DNA from: an uncultured Acidobacteriota bacterium | GTDB lineage: Bacteria > Acidobacteriota > Thermoanaerobaculia > UBA5066 > Gp7-AA6 | NCBI GenBank assembly: GCA_963773905.1 | Contig: CAVZDB010000008.1 | Location: forward strand, 506,905 to 570,904 | Length of the DNA: 64,000 nucleotides | Direction of reading: 5' to 3' | Translations under genes and position numbers: made by a program | Shown: positions 10,553-19,788 of the stretch, piece after piece | How positions within the stretch are numbered: the stretch's first letter is position 1 | How the letters are laid out: each line of letters opens with the position of its first letter | Notes under the pieces: generated by a model | Seen by the model: the letters and a program-made list of their open reading frames with translations, nothing else | The model's database searches: none | What the model was told of the DNA's origin: nothing

Positions 10553-12466
10553 TCATTCCGGCGCGCCGTACAGCGCCTGCAGGCGCGAATAGAACTCGAC
10601 GTTCCCCGGCCCGTGCTCGGGCGGGCCGATGCCGGAGGCCTTCCAGCCGCCGAACGGGGCGCTCGCGTCGGCGTCCGCCGTCGACAGGTTCCACTTGAGC
10701 ACGCCGCTTCGCGCCTCGCGGGCGAAGCGTTCGTTCCACGGTCCCGGCCCCGCGAAGAGCGCGGCGACGAGGCCCTGCGGCACGCCGTTGGCGAGGGCGA
10801 GCGCCTCCTCGAACGTCCGCGCCCGCTGAAGGACGAGGACGGGGCCGAAGGTTTCCTCCTGGACGATCGCGCTCTCGGGGGCCGCGTCGACGACCACGGT
10901 CGGCGGATGCCAGGCTCCCGCCCCGGCCGGAGCGGGAGAGCCGCGGTGCGGCGTCAGAACGCGCGCGCCGTCTGCGGCGGCCTCGGCGACCGCGGCCGCC
11001 ACGCGGTCCCGCGCCGGCGCGGAGACGAGCGGGCCGATCTCGGTCTCCGGATCGAGCGGGTCGCCCCAGCAGAGCGCGGCGACGGCGGCGAGCAGGCGCT
11101 CCAGGAGCTCGTCGAACAGCGAGTCGGCGAGGATGGCGCGCCGGTTCGCGGTGCACCGCTGTCCGGCGAACGCGAAGGCGCCGCGCGCCAGCGCCTCGGC
11201 CGCCCGCTCGAGGTCCGCGCCCGTCCAGACGATCGCGGCGTTGTTGCCGCCGAGCTCCGCCTGCAGCGGGATCCGGCGCCGCGCGCAGATCTCCTGCGCG
11301 GCCCAGCCCGCGGCCGAGGAGCCCGACAGCGTCACCGCATCGACGCTCGGATCGCTCATGACCGCCGCCGCGGCGCGATGGTCTCCGGCGACGAGGCCGA
11401 CGGCGCCGGCCGGGAGGCCCGCCGCGCGCGCCAGCTCGAGAGAGCGCTCGGCGAGGACGGTCCCCGCCGGCGCGGGCTTCCAGACCACGGTGTTCCCGAG
11501 CGCGAGGGCCGGACCGAGCTTGCCCCAGGGGATCGCGAGCGGGTTGTTCCAGGGCGTGATCGCGGCGATCACGCCGAGCGGCACGCGGCGAAAAGCGGAG
11601 CCAGGCCCCGCGGGCGCCGGCGCGGGCAAGGCGAGCGCCGCGGCGTGCCGAAGGAGCTCGGCGGTGCGCCGCACTTCCGCGCCGCCCTGCGTCACGGGCT
11701 TGCCGATGTCGACCGCCATCCGCCGCGCGAGCTCCGGACTCTCGAGCTCCAGCCGTTCCGCGAGGGCGAGGAGCACGCGGGCGCGGGCGTCGGGCGGGAG
11801 CGCGCTCCACCGCGCGTTCGCCGCGCGCGCGGAGCGTGCGGCCTGCGATCCGTCTTGCGCGAGCGCGGTCCGCGACGCGGTTCGCGCGGGCGCGTCGTTC
11901 GCGGATTCCGATCCTGCGTGGATCCGGGCGAGGAGCTCCGCGACGCTCGCGAAGCGCGCGGCGCGTCCCTCGAGGTAGCGGCGGGTCACGGCGGCGTGGA
12001 GCGGGTCGTCGCTCCCGACGGCGTCCTCGGCGATCCAGACCGCGAGACCCCGCTGGTAGGCGTCGAGCACCGTGGCGCGGACGCAGCCGTGGAGGTGCAC
12101 GCCGGCGACGAGGAGAGTGTCGGTCCGGGCGGCCGCGAGCGCGCGGTCGAGCTCGGGCGCGGAGAAGGCGGAGAAGAAGGCCTTCGAGACCGTCGCCTCG
12201 CCGGCCGCGGGCGAAAGCTCCGGCGGTTCCGCATGGCCCGGGGTGCCGCGGACGCAGCGCAGCCGCCGCTGCTCCCTCCAGTGCGGCATGGCGCCCTCGC
12301 CCGAGGCGTCGACGGACGTCACGGCGTGGATGACGGGCACGCCCGCCGCGCGCGCTCCCGCGAGCAGCCGCCGCGCGTTCGCGACCACGACCCGCGCCGC
12401 CGGCTCCAGTCCCGGGGCGCTCAGGAAATCGTCTTGCAGATCGACGAGGAGAAGGACCGGCCTCAT
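10553..12466 (-). CDS. Isochorismatase-family hydrolase fused to aldehyde dehydrogenase
   Basis: The N-terminal ~190 aa is isochorismatase-like ('LLLVDLQDDF...LVAGVHLHGCVRATVLDA'). The C-terminal ~440 aa is ALDH ('ELGGNNAAIV', catalytic 'FAGQRCTA'). Its start overlaps the upstream stop (ATGA at 12463-12466). Confidence 0.8.
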   Translation of the reverse strand: MRPVLLLVDLQDDFLSAPGLEPAARVVVANARRLLAGARAAGVPVIHAVTSVDASGEGAMPHWREQRRLRCVRGTPGHAEPPELSPAAGEATVSKAFFSAFSAPELDRALAAARTDTLLVAGVHLHGCVRATVLDAYQRGLAVWIAEDAVGSDDPLHAAVTRRYLEGRAARFASVAELLARIHAGSESANDAPARTASRTALAQDGSQAARSARAANARWSALPPDARARVLLALAERLELESPELARRMAVDIGKPVTQGGAEVRRTAELLRHAAALALPAPAPAGPGSAFRRVPLGVIAAITPWNNPLAIPWGKLGPALALGNTVVWKPAPAGTVLAERSLELARAAGLPAGAVGLVAGDHRAAAAVMSDPSVDAVTLSGSSAAGWAAQEICARRRIPLQAELGGNNAAIVWTGADLERAAEALARGAFAFAGQRCTANRRAILADSLFDELLERLLAAVAALCWGDPLDPETEIGPLVSAPARDRVAAAVAEAAADGARVLTPHRGSPAPAGAGAWHPPTVVVDAAPESAIVQEETFGPVLVLQRARTFEEALALANGVPQGLVAALFAGPGPWNERFAREARSGVLKWNLSTADADASAPFGGWKASGIGPPEHGPGNVEFYSRLQALYGAPE

Positions 12467-13540
12467 TCCGCCCGGCGCGCGCGCCGCTCGACCCTCGCGG
12501 CGATGCGCCGGCCCATCTCCTCCGTGCCGACGACGATGGTGCCCGGGGACGCCACGTCGAAGGTCCGGAAACCGAATTGGAGGACCTCCCCGGTCGCCTC
12601 CTCGATCCAGGCCGCCTCGCGGTGGAGGCCGAAGCTCTCGCGCAGCATCATGGCGAGCGAGGAGATCTGCCCGATGGGGTTTGCGCGGTCTTTGCCGGCG
12701 AGGTCCAGCGCGGAGCCGTGGTTGGTCTGGTAGACCGCCGCGCCCGTCTCGGAGAAGTTGCCCGAGAACGACATGCCGCGCGACGCGAGCAGGACGGCGC
12801 CGAGGTCGGCGAGCACGTCGCCGAAGAGGTTCGACGCGGCGATCACGTCGAACGCGAGCGGCTCCTGGATGAGCAGGTACGCGGTGAGGTCGATGTCGAG
12901 GACGCGCAGCGCGACGCCGGACGCCGCCGCCGCCTCGCGGCCGAGGTCGCGCCAGAGCGCGCTGACCGTCGGAAGGCCGCCGTCCTTGATCACGACCGTG
13001 AGCTTCTTGCGCCGCGACGCGGCGAGCTCGGCCGCCACCGAGAGGAGGCGGCGGACGTGCTCCTCGGCGTAGTGAAAGGCGTGGCGGCAGAGCCGTCCGC
13101 GCTTGGGGTCGAGGAGCCGTCCCACTCGCCGAGGTATTCGCCGCCCGTGTTTTCGCGGACGACGAGGATGTCGGCGCCCTCCACGCTCGAGCCCTTGAGT
13201 CGGCCGGCCTCCTGGAGGGCCGGAACGGGCCGGAGGGGAGAGAGCTTGCAGAAGAGATCGAAGCGCGGGCGGAGATCGTAGACGAAGCGGCTGCCCCCGG
13301 GCCCGGCGAGGACGGCGCCCCCTCCGCCGAAGACGTTCTCGCAGAAGCCGGAGACCTCCTCCGTCAGCGCCTTCCCGGAGAGCATCTCGGCGTCCCGCCC
13401 GATGGGACCTCCCCTCGTGATGGTGAAGCGCGCCCCCCCGCCTCCGCCGCCGACAGCACCTCGAGGGCCGCCGCGAGGACTTCGGGCCGACTCCTTCCCC
13501 GGGGAGGACGCCGACCGCGAAGCTCCCGCTCGACGGCGCG
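12463..13540 (-). pseudogene. Isocitrate/isopropylmalate dehydrogenase family (LeuB/tartrate dehydrogenase-like), >=3 frameshifts
   Basis: The C-terminal half is intact in ORF 12463..13812 ('...KKLTVVIKDGGLP...'). 'ILVVRENTGGEY' sits in the ORF 12990..13643 frame. The N-terminal 'AVGVLPGEGVGP' + 'PEVLAAALEVLSAAEAGG' pieces lie in two other frames. One frame switch coincides with a C7 run at 13431-13441; the 5' boundary is approximate. Confidence 0.7.
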
Positions 13541-13776
13541 AGCCGCGGCTCCCGGAAGACGGCGGCCGTCCACCGGCGTTCGCTCCTGACGAGATCGGAT
13601 GCTTGGCGCAAGCGGACCCCTTTTGCGCCGGAAGTGTATCCAACGCGGACGGTCCCGAGCCAGTCGCACGGGCGGACCGCAGGAAGGGGGAGGCGGCCGC
13701 CCGGGCGGCTCGCCTCGGGATGTCCTCCGAGCCTCCGCGCCGCGGTTCTCGGGCCGCGCGGGACGGCGGCCCGCGG

Positions 13777-14060
13777 ACTAAGCCGCGGGACGCGACCGGA
13801 CCCGCGACGCAACCACCTCCGCGACGTGCTCGGCGTCCCGGCCGACGCCGTGGATCATGGTCGAGGAGAGCGCGTAGAGGAAGAACAGCCCCACGAAGTA
13901 CAGGCCGGGCTCGCCGGCGGCGACGCCGCGCTCCTGGATCGGCTCGTGGTGCGCGCCGAACCCGAAGGTCGATCGGGGCTTCTTCCGATCCGCCCGCGAC
14001 AGCGCCTCGGCCGCCCGGCTCCAGGCCCGGCGCCTGTAGTGCTCGCGCGCCAGCTCGAGG
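13777..14060 (-). pseudogene. Remnant of an FAD-dependent monooxygenase C-terminus (gene fragment, no start)
   Basis: Minus-strand translation '...EPGLYFVGLFFLYALSSTMIHGVGRDAEHVAEVVAS...*' resembles the conserved C-terminal tail of flavin monooxygenase/CzcO-like oxidoreductases. It is bounded upstream by an in-frame TAA, with no room for a full gene. Confidence 0.3.
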
Positions 14061-14126
14061 TCCTTCAGCGCGAGCCTCGGAGCTTAACCTCCCCGCAGTG
14101 GGCCGGGCGGCGTACCCGCGCCGGCG

Positions 14127-14855
14127 TCAGGGCTGGTTCGGCGCCTTCGGGGGATCTCCCGGTCTTGCGACGACCGCGTTCGCCGGAGCGTACGCGTCGG
14201 TCACGCCGGGGACACCGTCGTAGTTCCAGTTGCTCGGCGGCGGCGAGGCCATGTCCGCGGGATTGACGGGCGCCGGCGGAGGCTCGCTGAAGTAGGTCAC
14301 CGAGCCGCCGCCCTCCATGGGCAGGTTCCCGATCAGCTTGGCGCCCTTCTCCTCCTGCTGTGCCTTGAAGGCCGGCAGCCCATGCAGATAGGACACCTGT
14401 TTCACGTCCGTCTGGCGCACGGTCATGAGCTTGCCTTCCTTCCAGGTATGGAAGACGTAGCTCTTTTGCTTCAGCTCCGGGATTTCCCGGGCGAGGATCC
14501 GTCCCGACGGCAGGAGCTCGATCTGGTAGACGGCGAACTTGTCGAGCTCCTGCGTCCGCTGCCGGACTCCCCGAACCCGGGCCTTGGGAAGGTGGACGAC
14601 GTCTCTGTCGGGCCACACCGTAAAGACGTAGGCGTCGCCCTCCAGCACGGGCTTGTTCAGCGCGAAGGCGGATCCGGAAGGCACGAGGTCGAGCTCCCAG
14701 ATCTCCATCACGTCGACCTTGGCCTGTCCCTGCATGCCGATCATCGGGGTGGCGCGGGGCGCCGGAGGCTGCTGCGCGGGAAGCGCGGAGGCGGCCAGGA
14801 CGAGCAAACCCGTCATCCATGCGGTTCGACGCATTTTGGACCTCGCTTTGTTCAC
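14127..14855 (-). CDS. Secreted hypothetical protein (signal peptide)
   Basis: N-terminus 'MRRTAWMTGLLVLAASALPAQQ' (alternative start at 14834), Pro-rich C-terminus, no known domain. Confidence 0.6.
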   Translation of the reverse strand: MNKARSKMRRTAWMTGLLVLAASALPAQQPPAPRATPMIGMQGQAKVDVMEIWELDLVPSGSAFALNKPVLEGDAYVFTVWPDRDVVHLPKARVRGVRQRTQELDKFAVYQIELLPSGRILAREIPELKQKSYVFHTWKEGKLMTVRQTDVKQVSYLHGLPAFKAQQEEKGAKLIGNLPMEGGGSVTYFSEPPPAPVNPADMASPPPSNWNYDGVPGVTDAYAPANAVVARPGDPPKAPNQP

Positions 14856-14952
14856 AGTTTAACCCACCGGCCCGAACCTTTTCGGTGGGCTCCCGTATCT
14901 CTTGTCGATTGACTACAGGAGCCCCCGCTGGGGCGGGGACAAGGAGGACCGC

Positions 14953-15888
14953 ATGAAACGCCGCGAGTTTCTCAAGTCATCGGCGGCCGTCGGCTTCGCC
15001 GCCGCCCTGCCGAACGCGTCCGGATGGCTCGGAAGGATCCCGGGCCCGGGCACGGGCAAGGAGGCGCCTGCCGAGAATCCCGTGCGGCCTCTGAAGCCGC
15101 CGGCGTTGGGGCAGATCCCGGTCGCGTTCCTGCTCACGGAAGGCGCGGTCCTCATCGACTTCGCGGGGCCGTGGGAGGTCTTCCAGGACGTCCTGGTTCC
15201 CAGCCGGGGCGCGTCGATGGAAGAGCAGATGCCGTTTCTCCTCTACACCGTGGGCGCCGACACGCGGCCCATCCGCGTCTCGGGCGGCCTGCAGATCGTG
15301 CCCGACTACGCCTTCGCGGATGCTCCCGCGCCGAAGGTCATCGTGATCCCGGCCCAGAAGGGAAGCCCCCAGGCCGAGGACTGGGTCCGCACCGCGGCGA
15401 AGTCGTCCGACGTCACACTGTCCGTCTGCACCGGCGCGTTCCTTCTGGCGCGCACCGGCCTTCTCGCCGGCAAGTCCGCGACGACCCACCACTCCTCCTA
15501 CCGCACCCTCGCCATGCAGTTCCCGGACATCCACGTCCGGCGCGGCGTTCGTTTCGTCGACGAGGGCTCGGTCGCGAGCGCCGGAGGCCTCTCCTCCGGG
15601 ATGGACCTCGCGCTGCACGTCGTCGAGCGCTACTTCGGCCGCGGGGTCGCGACCGAGACGGCGTACCAGATGGAGTACCAGGGCCAGGGCTGGCTCAACC
15701 CGGCGTCCAACGCGGTCTACCTGCAGGCGCGCAAGGCCCACGGGCATTCCTTCTGCCCGGTCTGCGACATGGAAGTGGATCCGGCGACCGCGCCGAAGTC
15801 CGTCTTCAAGGGGAAGACGTACTCCTTCTGCTCCGGAGAGCACAAGGAGACGTTCGACGCCGCCCCGGAGAAGTGGCTGGAGCCCTAG
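14953..15888 (+). CDS. Tat-exported DJ-1/PfpI-family protein with C-terminal YHS metal-binding domain
   Basis: Twin-arginine signal 'MKRREFLKSSAAVGFAAA'; DJ-1/PfpI core with nucleophile elbow 'VCTGAFLLA'; C-terminal 'CPVCDMEVDPATAPKSVFKGKTYSFCSGEHKETF' (YHS). RBS AAGGAGGA at 14940-14947. Confidence 0.8.
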   Translation: MKRREFLKSSAAVGFAAALPNASGWLGRIPGPGTGKEAPAENPVRPLKPPALGQIPVAFLLTEGAVLIDFAGPWEVFQDVLVPSRGASMEEQMPFLLYTVGADTRPIRVSGGLQIVPDYAFADAPAPKVIVIPAQKGSPQAEDWVRTAAKSSDVTLSVCTGAFLLARTGLLAGKSATTHHSSYRTLAMQFPDIHVRRGVRFVDEGSVASAGGLSSGMDLALHVVERYFGRGVATETAYQMEYQGQGWLNPASNAVYLQARKAHGHSFCPVCDMEVDPATAPKSVFKGKTYSFCSGEHKETFDAAPEKWLEP

Positions 15889-15944
15889 CCGCTCAGCGGC
15901 GCTTCGGCGGCGCCGGCGCCGACGCCGCCGTTGAAGGTTCGTCG

Positions 15945-18792
15945 TCAGGGCTGAGGAGGCAGCCCGCTCCAGTTCAGGATCCCGTTCCAGAGGAACCGGT
16001 AGTCGGAGTGGTTCAGGTCGCGGTGCATCGGGCTGAAGTTGAACGCGAGCACGCGGCCCTTCCCCGCGGGCACGTCCAGGATCGCGGGGTACCCCTCGAG
16101 CTTCTCCACGTTCTTCCCCCCGCCCGAGACGACGAGCTCGGTGTCGTCCTTCCCCTTCGCTCCCTTGTCCTTGCCCTCGTCGGTCTTCTCGTCCTTCTCC
16201 TTCTTCGACGCGTCCTCCTCGAAGTCGCGCTCCTCTTTGGTGGGCCGCTTCCCCATTGGAGCACGACGTCGCGGCGGTCGACCGGGCGGACGGAATACGT
16301 CGAGAGGTCCGTGCGAAACGCCGAGGTCACGACGGGATAGCCGTAGGCCACCGGGTGCTCGGGCCGCACGAACTTGACGCGCAGCTCCGAGCCGGGCGTG
16401 TAGGCGCCGGTGCGCTCGCTGACGCCGCGCACGAGGCCGCCCTCCAGCGGCAGCGCCGACCGTTGCCGAGCGTGATCATCAGGCCGCCGGCGTTCAGGTA
16501 CTCCTGCAGGTTGGCCATCCCGGCCCAGCCGATGCCGCCGGTGATGTCGTCCGAGGAGTCGGGCACGCCTGGCTCGGGAACTGCGCCGTCTTCGTGTAAG
16601 GCATCGGACCCCATTTCGTGTCGATGCCCTGGACCATGGCCTTCCAGCTCTCGTCGTTGTCGCCGAAGAGGAGGACGTCGTACTTGTCCTTGAGCTGGCC
16701 GGCACGGATCTCCTCGTCGCGGATGTAGGCGTACGGGATCTTCTCCTGGTCGAGCGCCAGGCGCAGCCAGCCCGTGGCCTCGGTGTCCGACCACAGGTGC
16801 CAGACCGCGATGCGAGGGATCGGCGACGGGTGTGCGGCGACGTCCGGCGCGGCGGCGGCGCTCGTCGAAGGAGAGGCCGAGCTCGCTCGCCACGTACTTG
16901 AGCGCTCCGCGAGGCCCCGCTGCACCGGAGAGGATCCAGGAGCCCGCCGGGTAATCCGTCTGCGCCCGACTTGAAGGGCTTCTCCGCGATCGCGACCTTG
17001 AAGTCCTTCAGCCGGAATCGCGCGGCGAGCAGCGCCTCCTGGCCGGTGTCGCGAAGCAGGATAGACGGGGCCGCCGCCGCGCGACCTTCCCGGCGACCGC
17101 GACCGTCTCCGTGACCGGCGTCAGGGCGGCCGACACGATCTTCGCGTCGTCGATGCGCTTCGCCTCCAGCCCATAGTGCACGGGGATCGCCCACGAGACG
17201 TCGTCGTACGGCGTGTAGGGCGTCTCCGGGAACTTCTGAGCCTCGAGCAGGTCCAGCGCGTAGTTGCGGTAGGGCTGATCCATCCGGACCACGAACGCGC
17301 CCTTCGCGAACGTTCCTTCCTTGACCGTGACGGCGGCCGACAGGCGCGAGACCTCGATCTGCTGGTTGCGCAGGACCTCGACCATCTGCCCGACGCGGCG
17401 GGGATCGCCCTGGTCCTCCGGGAATGACGAACGCGTAGGGATTGCCCTTCACGCCCTTCTGCCAGGAGTTGTAGCCCTTCCGATAGAAGTTGCGCAGCAT
17501 CTCCTGGGCGTTCTTCGCGGTGTAGTCGAGGATCGAGAGGCAGCCGGACTCCATGTAGTTCGTGTTGTCGCGCAGCGACCAGACGAACGTCTTGTCGGGC
17601 GGCCAAACCCGGTACCACTCGCGATCCGTGACGAGCTTGTCGACGAACCGCGAGTTGCGCAGCTTGCGCTCGACGGTCTCGGCGGTGCCGTTGCCGAAGG
17701 TCTCGTAGCCGCGGCCGAGCGAGTTGTGGTTGTTCGCGACCGAGTCGAGGAAGTGCAGGCCCCACTGCTCGCCATAGCCCCACGTCCAGACGCCGGGCAT
17801 CCCGAGCGCGGTCAGGGCCTGCACTTCGTGGAACGAGGTCTCCAGCCATTCGCTCAGCGCGATCGGGTCGAGGTGCGCGTTGTACGGGCCGGTTCCGTTC
17901 CAGGTGTGGAGCAGCGGGATCGACTCGTGCAGGTCGTGGACCACGGTCGGGTGGAAGTCCATAGAACATCCGGTGCACGGCCTGCGTCAGCTTGAGCGCC
18001 TGCTGGTGCGTGTCGCGGTTGTTGTCGTGGAAGACGTAGTAGCCCCAGTAGGGCGGCGACTTCTCGGGCAGGGTCTCGTAGTCCGTCTTTCCCTTGAGGT
18101 AGCGGTAGAACCAGTCGACGGCCTTGTCGCGGCCGTCGGGCTCGGAGACGGGGTTGATCAGCACGATCACGTTCTTGCGGATGTGCTGGATCATCGGCTG
18201 GTTCGAGACCGCCAGGCGGTAGGCGAGCTCCATGACCATCTCGGGGCTGCCCGTCTCGGTGGAGTGCAGCCCGGCGTTGAAGTAGTAGATGGGCCGCGCG
18301 GATGCGATGATCGCTTCCGCCTGCTCCGGCGAGGTCGTCGCGGGGGTCCGCGAGCTGCGCCGTCGCGGCCTTAGTACTGCTCGAGATCTGGCGAATGCCC
18401 TCCTCGTCGGCGATCGCGGCGAGCACGATGTCGCGGCCCTCCTCCGACTTCCCGATCACCTGGACTGTCACCCGCGGAGTCGTCTTCGCGAGCTCCCGGA
18501 AGTAGCCCTGGATCTGAGCAACGTGCGAGAGCTCGCCCGCGGCGCCGGCCACGTGGCCCAGGTACTTCGTCGGCGACGGAATCGAGTCCGAGGCCGGAAC
18601 GTAGGCGACCCAGGGGTTGCCGAACTTCGGGTCGGTCGTGAACTTCGCGATGGCCTCGACCGATCCGGCTTCGGGGGTATCGGGCCCATACGCGGCGGCG
18701 GGTCCGCCGGCGAGCGCCGGTGCGGGAGGCATCGCGCCGAGGGACCCGAAGATCACGGCGAGGCACAGAAGGCGGGCGGCTTGACGCGGCAT
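15945..18792 (-). pseudogene. M14 family zinc carboxypeptidase-like protein (secreted), broken into >=6 frame segments
   Basis: Ordered fragments on the minus strand: the signal peptide and N-terminus in 17854..18831, then pieces in 17121..18239, 17008..17385, 16013..17962, 16494..16925 and 16327..16893, ending with a KE-rich C-terminus in 15945..16256. Collinear M14-like sequence resumes in a different frame each time. Confidence 0.75.
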
Positions 18793-18954
18793 CGCGAGTT
18801 CCCTCCCGAAAGGCGGCGGCGCATCGACCATCCGCCGCGAACGAACGAATTTTGGGTCCCGCGGATTTTACACGCGCAGAGCCGCGGCGCTCGCGGGGAA
18901 CCCGCGGTCAGGGGCGGAGGCGCCTCAACGCGGATAATGGGAGCGCGGGACGGC

Positions 18955-19788
18955 ATGGAACCGGGCTCACGACGGGAGCGCGACGGGTGGAACGGGCGTG
19001 GCGAAAGACCGCGCGGCGCGGGCGCGCTTCCCGTGCTGTCGGTCGCCGCGTTGTCGGCGGTCCTCGTCGATCTGCTCCACGAGGCCGGGCATCTTGCGGC
19101 GACGGCCCTGCCCGTCGGCGTGCGGGCCCTCTCGATCTCGACGATCGGCGTCAGCAGCCGGGGCGCCAGCGCGGTCGTCGCGGGCGCCGGTCCCGCGACG
19201 AATCTCCTCTTCGCGGTGTTTCTCTTCGGCGCGTTCTCGCGTGCGCTGTCGCCGGCCTGGCGGTACTTCGCCTGGCTCTTCGGAACCGGCAGCCTGTTCA
19301 ACGCGACGGCGTACCTGATCTATTCGGCGGCCTCCGACAGCGGCGACTGGGCCTTCGTCTTCGACGCCCTGGCGCGCCCCGCGCTCTGGAGGCCACTGGT
19401 GGCGGCCGCCGGCTGCGGGCTCTACGTCGCCAGCATCCTCGCGTCCGCGCGCGCCCTGCACGCGCTCTGCGCGGCGAGCATCGTCGCGCCCTCGAGCGTG
19501 GAACGTCTCTGCGCTCTCTCCTACGTCGGCGGCGGTGTCGTCCTGACCGCCGGTGCCGTCTTCAACCCGGTGAGCCCCTGGTACATCCTCTCCTCCGGCG
19601 CGGCCACCGGATTCGGCGCCATGGCGGGGCTCCTGCTGCTCCCGGTTCGCCTCCGCGACGTTTCGACGGGACCGGCGAGCGCGGCGGGGGAGAGCCTCGA
19701 GCTCGGATGGCCATGGGTGACGGCCGGTGTCGTCGCGACCGCGGTCTTCGTCGGCGTCTTCGGTCCCGGCGTGCGGCTGGGACGCTAG
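18955..19788 (+). CDS. Polytopic membrane protein with HExxH motif (possible membrane metalloprotease)
   Basis: Hydrophobic throughout, with 'VDLLHEAGHLAAT' inside a predicted TM helix. The start is uncertain; the upstream part of ORF 18289..19788 is antisense to the M14 gene. Confidence 0.4.
   Translation: MEPGSRRERDGWNGRGERPRGAGALPVLSVAALSAVLVDLLHEAGHLAATALPVGVRALSISTIGVSSRGASAVVAGAGPATNLLFAVFLFGAFSRALSPAWRYFAWLFGTGSLFNATAYLIYSAASDSGDWAFVFDALARPALWRPLVAAAGCGLYVASILASARALHALCAASIVAPSSVERLCALSYVGGGVVLTAGAVFNPVSPWYILSSGAATGFGAMAGLLLLPVRLRDVSTGPASAAGESLELGWPWVTAGVVATAVFVGVFGPGVRLGR

Noticed and set aside
10392-12733. ORFs 10392..11810 (-), 10526..12733 (+), 11133..11978 (+), 12072..12872 (+)
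   Set aside because: Alternative frames across the isochorismatase-ALDH gene; high-GC artefacts
14065-14820. 251-aa minus-strand ORF overlapping the secreted hypothetical protein
   Set aside because: Out-of-frame overlap of the 14127..14855 gene; Arg/Gly-rich artefact
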